A DNA stretch of 64,000 bases from Nitrososphaeraceae archaeon. GTDB taxonomy: Archaea; Thermoproteota; Nitrososphaeria; Nitrososphaerales; Nitrososphaeraceae. Where the stretch lies: positions 1 to 64,000 of the forward strand of contig DATGZA010000097.1 in NCBI GenBank assembly GCA_035297365.1, in the 5' to 3' direction. Positions 45,073 to 55,114 of this stretch are shown here, in pieces (the stretch's first letter is position 1; each line of letters begins with the position of its first letter). The notes under the pieces were generated by a model, which saw only the letters and a list, made by a program, of their open reading frames with translations, had not been told where the DNA came from and did no database searches. The position numbers and the translations under genes were made by a program.

Positions 45073-45882
45073 TCACCCAAATATCGATGTTATCATGTCC
45101 ATGACTTTCCTAAATTCTACTTCTCCCCATTGATTATATGCATTGGCAAAAACTATCTCTGCAGATAATTTTGGTTCGGTTCCTATGTTAATTAATTTAG
45201 TGAATGCTATTGTTTCTCTAAGGCTCGGACCATAATACAATTCTTCAACCGCTGCTGCTTCCCTTAGTATTCTAGCTAATTTAACTGCACGTTGAACTGG
45301 CACGATATGTTCATTGTCTATCTGTATATGCTGTTTTATAATCTCGAGTTCTATATCTTCAGGCGGATAATCCATGTTTATCCTAATAGGAAATCTACTT
45401 AATAATTGTGGAGGGAGTTCTTTTGTTCCAATATGAGACAACGGATTAATGGTGGCGATCACGAACCAATCTTCATTAGCATGGATTATTTGTCCTTCTG
45501 CCTCTTTTAATATTAACTGTCTTCTATCATCGAGTGCCTCATCTAATCTTAAAAGCATATCGGGTTCAGCTGCATTTAACTCGTCAAGATAAAGTATTCC
45601 TCCTTCCCTCATTGATCTTACCAAAACCCCTTCAATAAAGCTGATTTCTCCTTTTTCGATGGTTTTAGTTCCAATGAGATGAGATTCTCTTGTTCTTAAG
45701 CTAAAATTCACAGAAAAAACCTTTTTTCCTGTCTCTTCTGCAAATTTTCTTACTAGAGAAGTTTTTCCCGTTCCTTTTGGACCAATGATTAAAGCGAATA
45801 GCTTCAGTTGATTAGCTCTATGTAAAATATCGATTGATCCATTCCAATCTAGATATTTGACTACTTCTGTCAGCTCACTCAT
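45073..45882 (-). CDS. MoxR-class AAA+ ATPase, CbbQ/NirQ/NorQ type
   Basis: Walker A GPKGTGKT, Walker B LYLDELN, ATINP, LLSRF, SLRE. Confidence 0.93.
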   Translation of the reverse strand: MSELTEVVKYLDWNGSIDILHRANQLKLFALIIGPKGTGKTSLVRKFAEETGKKVFSVNFSLRTRESHLIGTKTIEKGEISFIEGVLVRSMREGGILYLDELNAAEPDMLLRLDEALDDRRQLILKEAEGQIIHANEDWFVIATINPLSHIGTKELPPQLLSRFPIRINMDYPPEDIELEIIKQHIQIDNEHIVPVQRAVKLARILREAAAVEELYYGPSLRETIAFTKLINIGTEPKLSAEIVFANAYNQWGEVEFRKVMDMITSIFG

Positions 45883-45934
45883 CTTATTTTACTAGATGTC
45901 GTTTAATTTATAAATTAAACTGTGATTTATAAAA

Positions 45935-47335
45935 TCAATTTCTTCCTGAACGTAGAATCATTTTTTTATTACTTATGTAATCTGTTAGTAATATTTTGTC
46001 TATTGAGTCTGGATTTATGTAATAAGATCTGCCATTAACATACTTTTCCATTTCATTTACATAATTCAATAGTGAATCTTCCTCACTTATCATTATTGTA
46101 TCTATCTGTATTCCTAATTTTTTACATCTTCTTGCTTCCATGATTGTTCGTTCGCCTATAAATTGGTCAACTTGTCTATATCGATAACACAAATAAACTA
46201 ATTCTCTAGCATTTACGTCCAGACTCATGTCGTGAGTCTGTTTTATAGAATTTATTAGATCCTTATCTGGCACGTAAAAATGCGAATATGGTCTCAGAGA
46301 TAATATTTTTTCTTGCTCACTTTCACTATCAATAAAGCATGCACTGGGATGACCATCAGTAATCAGTACTATTCTCTTGTTTTCAACTGGCTTTTTATCT
46401 AAAATTTTTTTTGCTAGTCTTAAAGCTGCCTGATAATTGGTATAGTGAAGAAAATCAGTTCCAGGTTCAAATGTCTTGAGGTAGGGAATATCTAACGGTT
46501 TAATTTTGGAAGCGAGAGCTCCAAAACCTATAATGTCAATAATATCTGATGGAAAATATTTTCTGTTAAGCAGATATAGTGTCCATAAAGCTTTCTTGGC
46601 AGCTTCGATTCTACTCAAATTTCCATATAAAGTAGAATATCTCATAGTTGAACTAAGATCAATACAGTAAACAACAGCTACTCTTACATCCCTCATTGTT
46701 TCATATTCTTCAAAATCTTCAATCCTCAATTCTAGAGGAATTTTTATATGGTTGTTATCTTTTGCAAGTCTTTGAATAGAGTTCAATAAAGATTTTGGAA
46801 CATCAATAAGTCTAATGTCATCGCCAATTTCATATCGTTTTGTAGTATCCAAAATGATTGTACCGTTTCCAAGATTCTTAGTTTCATGTAATCCAATATC
46901 TCCATTTTTTAATTCATTCAAAACGTCTTGCAATATTTTTCCTCCTATAATTGTAAATCCTCTACTGCTCAACCATTTTTTTGAATCCTTCAAATATCCC
47001 TTTTTAATAAGGCGAGCAATTACAGGAACTTGTTTTTTTTGCTCTGTCTTTTTTACATTGGATTCGTACCTGTTAGTATTGTATTGATCTACGTCAGGAA
47101 TATTATTTTCCAATTTTTTACTTTTTATTAATTCGTGTAATGTTGATTCTACTTCTTCTAACGTAGGGGTCCTTTCCTTTATGATTTCTCTCGCTATTGT
47201 TTTAAGTATTTCGTTGTGCAGTTCATTGGAGATATTTTGGTCATCTTCTTTTTCCTCATTTGTTTTCGTATCTCGTAATTTGTGATCATATGGAATGTAA
47301 ACAAAATCTCTGGAGATGTTATGTTTTATATTCAT
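45935..47335 (-). CDS. vWA-domain protein
   Basis: MIDAS DLSSTM, TN and ITDG; preceded by YEIGDD...IDVPKSL. Confidence 0.88.
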   Translation of the reverse strand: MNIKHNISRDFVYIPYDHKLRDTKTNEEKEDDQNISNELHNEILKTIAREIIKERTPTLEEVESTLHELIKSKKLENNIPDVDQYNTNRYESNVKKTEQKKQVPVIARLIKKGYLKDSKKWLSSRGFTIIGGKILQDVLNELKNGDIGLHETKNLGNGTIILDTTKRYEIGDDIRLIDVPKSLLNSIQRLAKDNNHIKIPLELRIEDFEEYETMRDVRVAVVYCIDLSSTMRYSTLYGNLSRIEAAKKALWTLYLLNRKYFPSDIIDIIGFGALASKIKPLDIPYLKTFEPGTDFLHYTNYQAALRLAKKILDKKPVENKRIVLITDGHPSACFIDSESEQEKILSLRPYSHFYVPDKDLINSIKQTHDMSLDVNARELVYLCYRYRQVDQFIGERTIMEARRCKKLGIQIDTIMISEEDSLLNYVNEMEKYVNGRSYYINPDSIDKILLTDYISNKKMILRSGRN

Positions 47336-49007
47336 AGATATCTTTTTCTTTCCTATCTAATATAGGATTATCCAAATTTCTTAAACCTTCCAGAACAAGT
47401 TCAATTATTGATGATTTATATTCTAAATCTTTATAATCGGAAAATAATAATCCATTTAATACAATTTCATTCTTCTTTATCCGATTAACAAAATCATCTT
47501 TTTCTTTTTCCAAACTATTTGATATTTTGTCTATAACCTCAGCTAAAATTGGGAAATTTCTTAATTGATTCTCATAGCTATTTTCAATTACATCAGAACA
47601 TCTGGTTCCAATAATTTTTTGCGATACAACAAATTTCTTGTTCTTTTGAAATTCCTCTTTTATTAATTTTATCTGTTCTGAACTTATACTGTCTATGTAT
47701 TCTTTTGAAATCATGTTGATTGAATTTGAAATAATTTTATTTAATGTATCTATTCTGTTTTGATTGTTATCTTCCAGTTCAGATAACTCAAATTTTGAGG
47801 TCTGATAGATACCGTGGATATCTGAAAATCTTGGCACAGCTTTAACTCCGAATATTATAGACCTAATTCTTTCTGCTTCTGAGATAATAACTTCGGTAGA
47901 ATGTACTGACATCCTCACACTTACTCCTTTATCTTGATTGATATCTCCATGTTTTCTAGCCATGCTGGTGATTAATGCTATCGTCTTAAGTATGAAAATA
48001 GGTAATATGATGTTTTCTGGGTTATCTGGTCTGATCTCTTGAACAATTATCAACATTTCATCAATGATTTTTTGTGGATATCGTGTCTCGATGTGACTAC
48101 GTAATCTATCAAATAAGGGTTCAATTATTTTTCCAGAGTGAGTATAATCAATTGGATTGGAAGTTGCTATTATTTTCAAGTCGGGTTCAAAAAATACGGG
48201 GTATGAACCAGTCGTAAACTTTCCTTCTTGAAGAATACTTAGTAAAGCAACTTGTTTTCTAGGATCTAATACAGGTAATTCATCTATGCATAAAATACCA
48301 TGTCTTGCTTGTAATAATTGTCCTGGGGAATATGACTCAATATTGTATATCTCTACACCTTTTTTAGCAATTTTGATAGCGTCAATTTGTCCTACTAAAT
48401 CTTTTACAGATATGTCAGGTGTGGCTAAAATATACCTATATCTATCCCTTCCACTAATCCACTCGATTTTAGTGGCAAGTGCATTATTACGAATAATTTC
48501 TTCAGTTTCCTTTGAAACAGTAAATTTAGGTACATAATGAGATACTTCTTTATCCTCCAACAAGGAAATAAGATCTGGTAGCGGAATCGTCGTTGGAATA
48601 TCATTTGTTATTGAACCTCTAACTATTGGAATATGTGAAAGTAAGTTTTTTGATATTGCTTCAGCTAGTTTAGTTTTTGCTTGTCCGATTTGTCCTACAA
48701 GTAATATGTCATGACCTGAAAGGATCGCTCTGTTTATTGCCGGAATTACATCTTCTTCATAACCGATTATTCCTTTGAACGGATTTTCTTCTTTCCTGAG
48801 AAATCTAATTAAATTGCCTCTGATCTGTTTATCTACTGTTGCATGTTTGTAGTTTATTAATAGCAGTTCCCTCAGGGTTTTTATCCTGTTATATTCTTCT
48901 GGAACTCCTGGCATTATTTCGTTATATTCGGGTTGAGATGAATAAGAGTCAGATACTAATTTCTTTATCTCTTTAAAATCCAACAGATTTCTTCCTATTA
49001 AAGACAA
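47319..49007 (-). CDS. Mg-chelatase-like AAA+ ATPase
   Basis: IIGYEEDV, Walker A variant GQIGQAKT, Walker B LCIDELP, ATSNP, LFDRL, GVSVR. Confidence 0.9.
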   Translation of the reverse strand: MSLIGRNLLDFKEIKKLVSDSYSSQPEYNEIMPGVPEEYNRIKTLRELLLINYKHATVDKQIRGNLIRFLRKEENPFKGIIGYEEDVIPAINRAILSGHDILLVGQIGQAKTKLAEAISKNLLSHIPIVRGSITNDIPTTIPLPDLISLLEDKEVSHYVPKFTVSKETEEIIRNNALATKIEWISGRDRYRYILATPDISVKDLVGQIDAIKIAKKGVEIYNIESYSPGQLLQARHGILCIDELPVLDPRKQVALLSILQEGKFTTGSYPVFFEPDLKIIATSNPIDYTHSGKIIEPLFDRLRSHIETRYPQKIIDEMLIIVQEIRPDNPENIILPIFILKTIALITSMARKHGDINQDKGVSVRMSVHSTEVIISEAERIRSIIFGVKAVPRFSDIHGIYQTSKFELSELEDNNQNRIDTLNKIISNSINMISKEYIDSISSEQIKLIKEEFQKNKKFVVSQKIIGTRCSDVIENSYENQLRNFPILAEVIDKISNSLEKEKDDFVNRIKKNEIVLNGLLFSDYKDLEYKSSIIELVLEGLRNLDNPILDRKEKDIYEYKT

Positions 49008-49398
49008 AATTTAAACATTATCAGGTAGCTTGCGGATCATAATATTAATTATTACCAGAAATTTGAATTTGATAATCAATGGTTCTCGATTGCCAATTCA
49101 AGTAATTCAAGATAACTCTCATAGTTTGTTTTCTCCTCAGACAGATTGTATTCAGTTTTTCCACAATTGTTTTCAGCCATTTTAAATGATATCTTTAAAA
49201 AAATGTAATATAATGGTTATTATAACTAGATCCGCTTGTAATTTTATAATTATTATTTATTCTATAATAATATTTTGAAATATATCTATTTTGGTTGTTT
49301 AAAGTGACCTATTAAATGTAATTTTTATATTTTATTTTTTCCGGTTCTTGTCTAGTATGATTTTTATTTAGGATCCTAAATTTAGCTTTTAGTTAGAA

Positions 49399-49881
49399 TT
49401 GTCATCAACAGACTATAAACATATTGTTAGAATTGCAGGAAAAGATATAGAAGGAGAAAAAAAAATAATTGTTGCCCTGAGCAGGGTAAAGGGAATAGGT
49501 TATAATTTTGCCCAAGTATTGCTTCAAAAATTAAATATTAATCCATATATTCGCGTTGGGTTTCTTACCGATAAAGAACTAGGGGATATTGAAATGGCGC
49601 TAAAGGATCCCAATAAAACTGGAATACCGCATTTTTATTTCAATAGGAGAAAGGATATGGAAACCGGTTCTAATGTGCATATAATTACATCAGATTTAGA
49701 TTTTATAGTATCCAATGATATTGAACGTGAGAAAACAGTAATGAGTTGGAGGGGATATAGACATATGTTTGGTTTGAGAGTAAGGGGACAACATACCAGA
49801 ACGACAGGCCGAAGAGGAACTGCAGTAGGTGTTCGTAAGAGTGCTCAGGCTGCTCAAAAAGTACAGAAGAGTGGTGAATAA
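49399..49881 (+). CDS. rps13: 30S ribosomal protein S13
   Basis: IVRIAG, VKGIG, SWRGYRHMFGLRVRGQHTRTTGR. Confidence 0.98.
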   Translation: MSSTDYKHIVRIAGKDIEGEKKIIVALSRVKGIGYNFAQVLLQKLNINPYIRVGFLTDKELGDIEMALKDPNKTGIPHFYFNRRKDMETGSNVHIITSDLDFIVSNDIEREKTVMSWRGYRHMFGLRVRGQHTRTTGRRGTAVGVRKSAQAAQKVQKSGE

Positions 49882-50393
49882 TGGGAGATCCGAAGAAATC
49901 TAGAAAAACCTTTAAAAGACCACGCCAGATTTGGACAAAAGATCAATTAAGTTCAGAATTATATTTGTTAGGAACGTACGGTCTTAGAAGTAAGCGTGAG
50001 CTATGGAAGGCGCAGACCAAAATAGCTGGAATTCGAAATCAGGCACGTGCTCTGTTGGCTCTGACCACTGAAAGTCGACATGAAAAAGAAAATAAACTTT
50101 TAACATACCTGCAAAGATTGGGACTTGTTGGAGAATCTGCAACGTTAGATGATATATTAAATATAAAGATAGAGGATATTCTAGAAAGAAGGTTACAAAC
50201 TATTGTTATGAAAAAGGCCATAACTAAATCTCCTCATCAAGCTAGACAGTTGGTGGTTCACGGCCATGTTTCCATAGGTGACAGAACCATAAATATTCCT
50301 GGATATCCTGTTAAAAAGGAAGAAGAATCCAAAATTATTTTACATAACGAATTTATGAATATTGTTCCTGCTACATCTCGATCCCCTGGATAA
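49881..50393 (+). CDS. rps4: 30S ribosomal protein S4
   Basis: MGDPKK, YGLRSKRELW, LERRLQT, ARQLVVHGH. Confidence 0.98.
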   Translation: MGDPKKSRKTFKRPRQIWTKDQLSSELYLLGTYGLRSKRELWKAQTKIAGIRNQARALLALTTESRHEKENKLLTYLQRLGLVGESATLDDILNIKIEDILERRLQTIVMKKAITKSPHQARQLVVHGHVSIGDRTINIPGYPVKKEEESKIILHNEFMNIVPATSRSPG

Positions 50394-50400
50394 CTATATA

Positions 50401-51360
50401 TCAAGAAACTATATCAACGTGGTCTATTTTTCCATCTGCGTTCATGTCAAAACCTTGAACTACTACTGCCCAGTCATCGTCGTGTAAATATCTTTTCATC
50501 AATTTATCTCCGTGATCTGTTAAAGCTATTACAGCTGCCTTAGTACCTATGGATCGGACACCCGCAAGTACTATAATACTCCTATCCTGATTATAGGGAT
50601 TCTTTATTTTTGCAATTAAACCGTGGTTGTCCATATTATAAATTCGTCCTGCATTGTCAGTTAATCCAGACCAATAATTAGTCTCATTGAATTTAATTGG
50701 CAAATGATCATTAAACTCAGAAGTGACTATATTTGTACCTGGACCACCTATCAAAATAAGATTTCTATTGTCTATGTCCTTTTCAGCCTTTGCATCTACA
50801 TCAAGTTTTGCTATAAAGTTTGAAGAAACGTCACACAGAGTGCCTAAATAAAAGCTTAAATGAATAGCGTAATGCCCATCTCTAGCCGAGGATTTATACG
50901 GACCGTGTGGATCAGGTGCACCTACGACAATTAAACCACAAAATGCATTGTCTTTATAGTAATCTTCTAACCAAAATGGAATATTTTTTTGAGTTATCTT
51001 TTTTGTGAATTGATGAATATCTGTTTGTTCTATCTCTTCAACTGAATCGAGCTCTAGACCAAAAGATGGACTTGTAATACTGTATAATCTTGCAGTTCCG
51101 CCCCGTATATGACTAGTTCCAGTTTGTTCGATGGCACCTATTTCAACAAGCTTTCTTACATAATAATAGGTTGTTTGTTCATATAATTTTAATTCCTTGG
51201 CTATTTGTGCAGGGTACATGGATCTCTTAGATAATAATTCTATTATTTTCCACGCAACATGATTAGATAGTATTCGCATATCCTTTGTGTTCTCAAATAG
51301 TAAAATTTTTTTACTTATTGTATTACCATTACGTTCATAGATGATTGTTTTCTTTTTCAA
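50401..51360 (-). CDS. ArsR-like wHTH regulator fused to an S-layer-C-like domain
   Basis: KIIELL...YPAQIAKEL...YYYVRKLVEIG HTH; C-terminal NLILIGGPGTN and LAGVRSIGTKAAV. Confidence 0.8.
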   Translation of the reverse strand: MKKKTIIYERNGNTISKKILLFENTKDMRILSNHVAWKIIELLSKRSMYPAQIAKELKLYEQTTYYYVRKLVEIGAIEQTGTSHIRGGTARLYSITSPSFGLELDSVEEIEQTDIHQFTKKITQKNIPFWLEDYYKDNAFCGLIVVGAPDPHGPYKSSARDGHYAIHLSFYLGTLCDVSSNFIAKLDVDAKAEKDIDNRNLILIGGPGTNIVTSEFNDHLPIKFNETNYWSGLTDNAGRIYNMDNHGLIAKIKNPYNQDRSIIVLAGVRSIGTKAAVIALTDHGDKLMKRYLHDDDWAVVVQGFDMNADGKIDHVDIVS

Positions 51361-51531
51361 TCTTACTTTTTATCAGTTATAAATTATTTCATACCGGTAA
51401 TAATAATATATGTATAATTTACATTTTTTCCAAAAAAATTACGGTCAACCATAACAAAATATTTTATAACGGTATTGGCTTTTCATTAAAGAACTATTTA
51501 AAGCATTACACAACAAGGTTATTGTTTACAA

Positions 51532-53298
51532 ATGTGTTCGATTATTGGATATGCTGGTAAGTCATCTGCGGCATCAGTATTAGTTGATAGCTTAAAAAGA
51601 ATGGAATATAGAGGATACGATAGTGTTGGGATAGCGACTATAGAAAGCAGTAAAATCTTTGTCCGTAAAGATGTTGGTAAAGTTATTGAAGTTGAAAAGT
51701 CCCTTAGATTAGGAAATATGCCAGGGCATGTAGGTATCGGACATACTAGATGGGCAACTCATGGAGGTATTAACCAAATTAATGCACATCCTCATACAGA
51801 TTGTGAAAATAATATCATGATTGTTCATAATGGGATAATAGAAAATTATAAACAAATAAAAGAAGAGTTACTTGCAAATGGACATATATTTCAAAGTCAA
51901 ACGGATAGCGAAGTAATTGCACATCTTATGGAACTTCATTATAAAAAAAAACATGACGTGAAACAAGCAATTATTGAAACATGTAAGATGTTAAGAGGAT
52001 CTTATGCATTTGTTGCTATTTTTAGATCAGGCTTAGTTGCAGGAACAAGACTAGATGAGCCTTTGATTGTAGGGTTGGGAAAAGATGGAAACTTCATTTC
52101 GAGCGATGTTTTGGGGTTTCTTGAATACACTGACAAATCTATATTTCTTGATAATCAAGATATTGTCATTCTAGATGGACAGAACGTAAATTTTTTTGAT
52201 TTTAATGGAAATGCAGTCTCTCGTCATGTTACACAGGTTGCATGGGAATTAGGTGATCTTGATAAAGGTAAATATGCTCATTATACCATAAAAGAAATAC
52301 ATGAACAGCAAAATTCAATACTAAAAGCATTTGGCACTAAAAAAGAGATAATAAGTAAGTTTGTTGATATAATGTCGGAATCGAAGAATGTTTTTATTAC
52401 TGGGAGTGGTACAAGTTTTCATTCTGCATTATTGGCAAAATACTTGTTAAATAAGTTCTCTAATCTTAGAACAGAAATAGTTATGTCCAGTGAATTTGAA
52501 TACATGTTGGGTCCTTTAGATGAAAATTCAGTTCTGATTGCAATCTCTCAAAGTGGTGAGACTGCTGATGTTTTACATTCAGTCAAAATGGCAAGACAAA
52601 AACATGCAAAAATCCTTTCAATTGTGAATGTTTCTACATCTTCTCTTGCAAGGCTTAGTGATCATTTTATTGCCATTAATTGCGGTCCTGAAATCGGTGT
52701 GGCTGCAACCAAAAGTTTTACAGGTCAACTAGCAATACTTTATTCTATAGTCGAAAAATTATGTCCTGATAAAATAGATATTAATAAATTTATCAATACA
52801 TGTGATGATAGCATGCAAAATATATTGTCATTAGAGTCACATATCGAAACAATTGCAGAAGAAATTAAATCTTCCCAGGACATTTATATCTTGGGTAAAT
52901 CTTTACATTATCCTATAGCATTGGAGGGATCACTTAAGATCAAAGAGCTAGCATATATTCATGCAGAGGGAATAGCTGCAGGGGAGATTAAACATGGCCC
53001 GTTAGCATTGGTCGAAACTAACACTATTGTTATTGTTATTAATCCATGTGATGATACATTTACTGATACATTAAATAGTGTTTACGAAATGAAATCTAGA
53101 GGGGCAAAAATTATTGGTATATCAAACCAAAATAATGTCAATTACGACTATTTTATAAGACTTCCTACAATTGATGAATTGATGTATCCCATTCTTGAAA
53201 TTATCCCATTACAAATACTCTCTTATTACTTAGCCTTAAAAAAAGATGCTAATCCTGATTATCCGAGAAATCTTGCAAAATCAGTCACTGTGAGATGA
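51532..53298 (+). CDS. glmS: Glutamine--fructose-6-phosphate aminotransferase
   Basis: N-terminal Cys, EYRGYDS, GHTRWATHG, SQSGET, GEIKHGP, PRNLAKSVTV. Confidence 0.98.
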   Translation: MCSIIGYAGKSSAASVLVDSLKRMEYRGYDSVGIATIESSKIFVRKDVGKVIEVEKSLRLGNMPGHVGIGHTRWATHGGINQINAHPHTDCENNIMIVHNGIIENYKQIKEELLANGHIFQSQTDSEVIAHLMELHYKKKHDVKQAIIETCKMLRGSYAFVAIFRSGLVAGTRLDEPLIVGLGKDGNFISSDVLGFLEYTDKSIFLDNQDIVILDGQNVNFFDFNGNAVSRHVTQVAWELGDLDKGKYAHYTIKEIHEQQNSILKAFGTKKEIISKFVDIMSESKNVFITGSGTSFHSALLAKYLLNKFSNLRTEIVMSSEFEYMLGPLDENSVLIAISQSGETADVLHSVKMARQKHAKILSIVNVSTSSLARLSDHFIAINCGPEIGVAATKSFTGQLAILYSIVEKLCPDKIDINKFINTCDDSMQNILSLESHIETIAEEIKSSQDIYILGKSLHYPIALEGSLKIKELAYIHAEGIAAGEIKHGPLALVETNTIVIVINPCDDTFTDTLNSVYEMKSRGAKIIGISNQNNVNYDYFIRLPTIDELMYPILEIIPLQILSYYLALKKDANPDYPRNLAKSVTVR

Positions 53299-53373
53299 AT
53301 ATTTTCTAAGAACAGGTAAATATCGATGGGAAATAGTTTCATGTTAATATAAAGTAAAACTTATTGTCCATAG

Positions 53374-54483
53374 TTAAATAACTATATTCTCTTCTATTTT
53401 CGATTCATATTCTTTTTCTATATTTCTTAAGAGAGTACAACTATTGACACGTCCTTTTGTTCTGATTATTGCTACGATCGATGTTCCTCCAGCACCTACT
53501 CCTTCCTTTACAAAACCTTCAGCAAAGGCTCTTAGTCCTTGTTTATTTGATTCCTTCATGTGTAGATCGACAGCCAGAATTCCTATTTCTCTATCTATAG
53601 AATAGACCAAATTTTCAAAATCTGACTGTAAATCATCCAAAATATAGTTTGTCGTTCCAATAATGATTTTATTTGTTTTTATTTCTAAACGTTTTAGGAA
53701 TGTTAAAATCGCACACATCTGAGTACCTCCTGCTAACATCACACGACATCCATTTTCCAATGCTCCTGTGGCTATACCCGCAATAGATGGAATCATGGGG
53801 TCACCTAAATAAGAAACGGCGTTAAATGGTTGTTCTTTAAATTCTCCGAATTTAATCTTATTTCTTTGCATGCTTGATGCAATTATATTATTTTTCAATT
53901 CATGTGGATTGTTTGGCATACTACTGCTTATTTTATAGGTGGCATCAATTCCCAAAGACAACATTACACCTAATGCTGTTGTGGTACCAGAAGGAATACT
54001 CTCCCCCAAGATCACTAGATCATTATTTTTAGCAAGTTGTTCTCCAAGTAATTTGCCATACAAATATGCTTTCTTTACATCTTCAAGGCTCATAGCTATT
54101 TCTTCAGTTATATTATTTCCATGTTTAAGATCAAAGGAAAAAAATGGTATAGCTGGTTTAATTTTTACACCTGCGTCTACTACAATGAAAGGAATGCCAG
54201 CAATATTTAACGAAGTTCTCGTAATAATTGCTGGTGTAGGTTTTCCATCTGGAGTTGCTGGAACTCCTTTAATACAAATACATTTACCATAATACAGGAA
54301 TTCGGCATCTGCAGGTGGTGTAAATTTAATCAGGTTTGGGTTAGCTCCTGCAACAGTTAATCCCTGAATTTTACTAGTTTCCGTGTGTGATATTACACAA
54401 ACGAAGATTGGATTAATAATCTTTAAATCATTTATATTGAATTTATTATTGACTAATGTTATATCTTCAAATAGTTTTACCAA
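53374..54483 (-). CDS. cobT: Archaeal NaMN:base phosphoribosyltransferase (CobT-like)
   Basis: TPPADAE, PTPAIIT, GESIPSGTTTA, LAGGTQM, VKEGVGAGG. Confidence 0.9.
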   Translation of the reverse strand: MVKLFEDITLVNNKFNINDLKIINPIFVCVISHTETSKIQGLTVAGANPNLIKFTPPADAEFLYYGKCICIKGVPATPDGKPTPAIITRTSLNIAGIPFIVVDAGVKIKPAIPFFSFDLKHGNNITEEIAMSLEDVKKAYLYGKLLGEQLAKNNDLVILGESIPSGTTTALGVMLSLGIDATYKISSSMPNNPHELKNNIIASSMQRNKIKFGEFKEQPFNAVSYLGDPMIPSIAGIATGALENGCRVMLAGGTQMCAILTFLKRLEIKTNKIIIGTTNYILDDLQSDFENLVYSIDREIGILAVDLHMKESNKQGLRAFAEGFVKEGVGAGGTSIVAIIRTKGRVNSCTLLRNIEKEYESKIEENIVI

Positions 54484-54486
54484 ATA

Positions 54487-55113
54487 CTATTCTTCTCCGG
54501 TCATAAATTGAATAAACTCCTGTAGAGTTCTTGGAGCTAGAACATAATTCGTATTCTTTTCTTCTCCTATAGTTGATACAGTCTTCATTCCATAGTTGTG
54601 ACCAGGGTAAATGATTAATTCGTCGTTTAATTTAATTATCCTTCTCAACAGACTGTCATACATTTCGTTAACATTGCCTCCTGGAAGATCTATACGACCA
54701 CAATTTCCAACAAACAATGTGTCTCCAGTGAAAATTATTTTCGAGTCTACAATTAAACAAATACTATCTTTTGAGTGTCCAGGTGTATGCAATATATCTA
54801 TAACAATATTTCCAACTCTTATTCTATCTCCATCTTTAACTGCTATATCGTGTCTATCCATAGAATTTTCGTGTTGAACAATTTGACAATTAGTAATGGC
54901 TAAAACTTGTTCATTTCCTAAAACATGATCAAAATGTGTATGAGTATTGATAATGAATTTTACACTGTATGAATTTCTTTTAATAATTTCAAATATCTTA
55001 TCAAGATCCCACGACGGATCAATAATTGCTATTTCCTTTTCTTCTTCATCTATAACAAGATATGTAAAATTTGCCATTTGACCAACTTGAATTTGTTCTA
55101 TTTTCAAGGTCAT
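54487..55113 (-). CDS. Metallo-beta-lactamase-fold hydrolase (glyoxalase II-like)
   Basis: THTHFDH, HTPGHS, FTGDTLF, YPGHNY. Confidence 0.92.
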   Translation of the reverse strand: MTLKIEQIQVGQMANFTYLVIDEEEKEIAIIDPSWDLDKIFEIIKRNSYSVKFIINTHTHFDHVLGNEQVLAITNCQIVQHENSMDRHDIAVKDGDRIRVGNIVIDILHTPGHSKDSICLIVDSKIIFTGDTLFVGNCGRIDLPGGNVNEMYDSLLRRIIKLNDELIIYPGHNYGMKTVSTIGEEKNTNYVLAPRTLQEFIQFMTGEE

Positions 55114-55114
55114 G

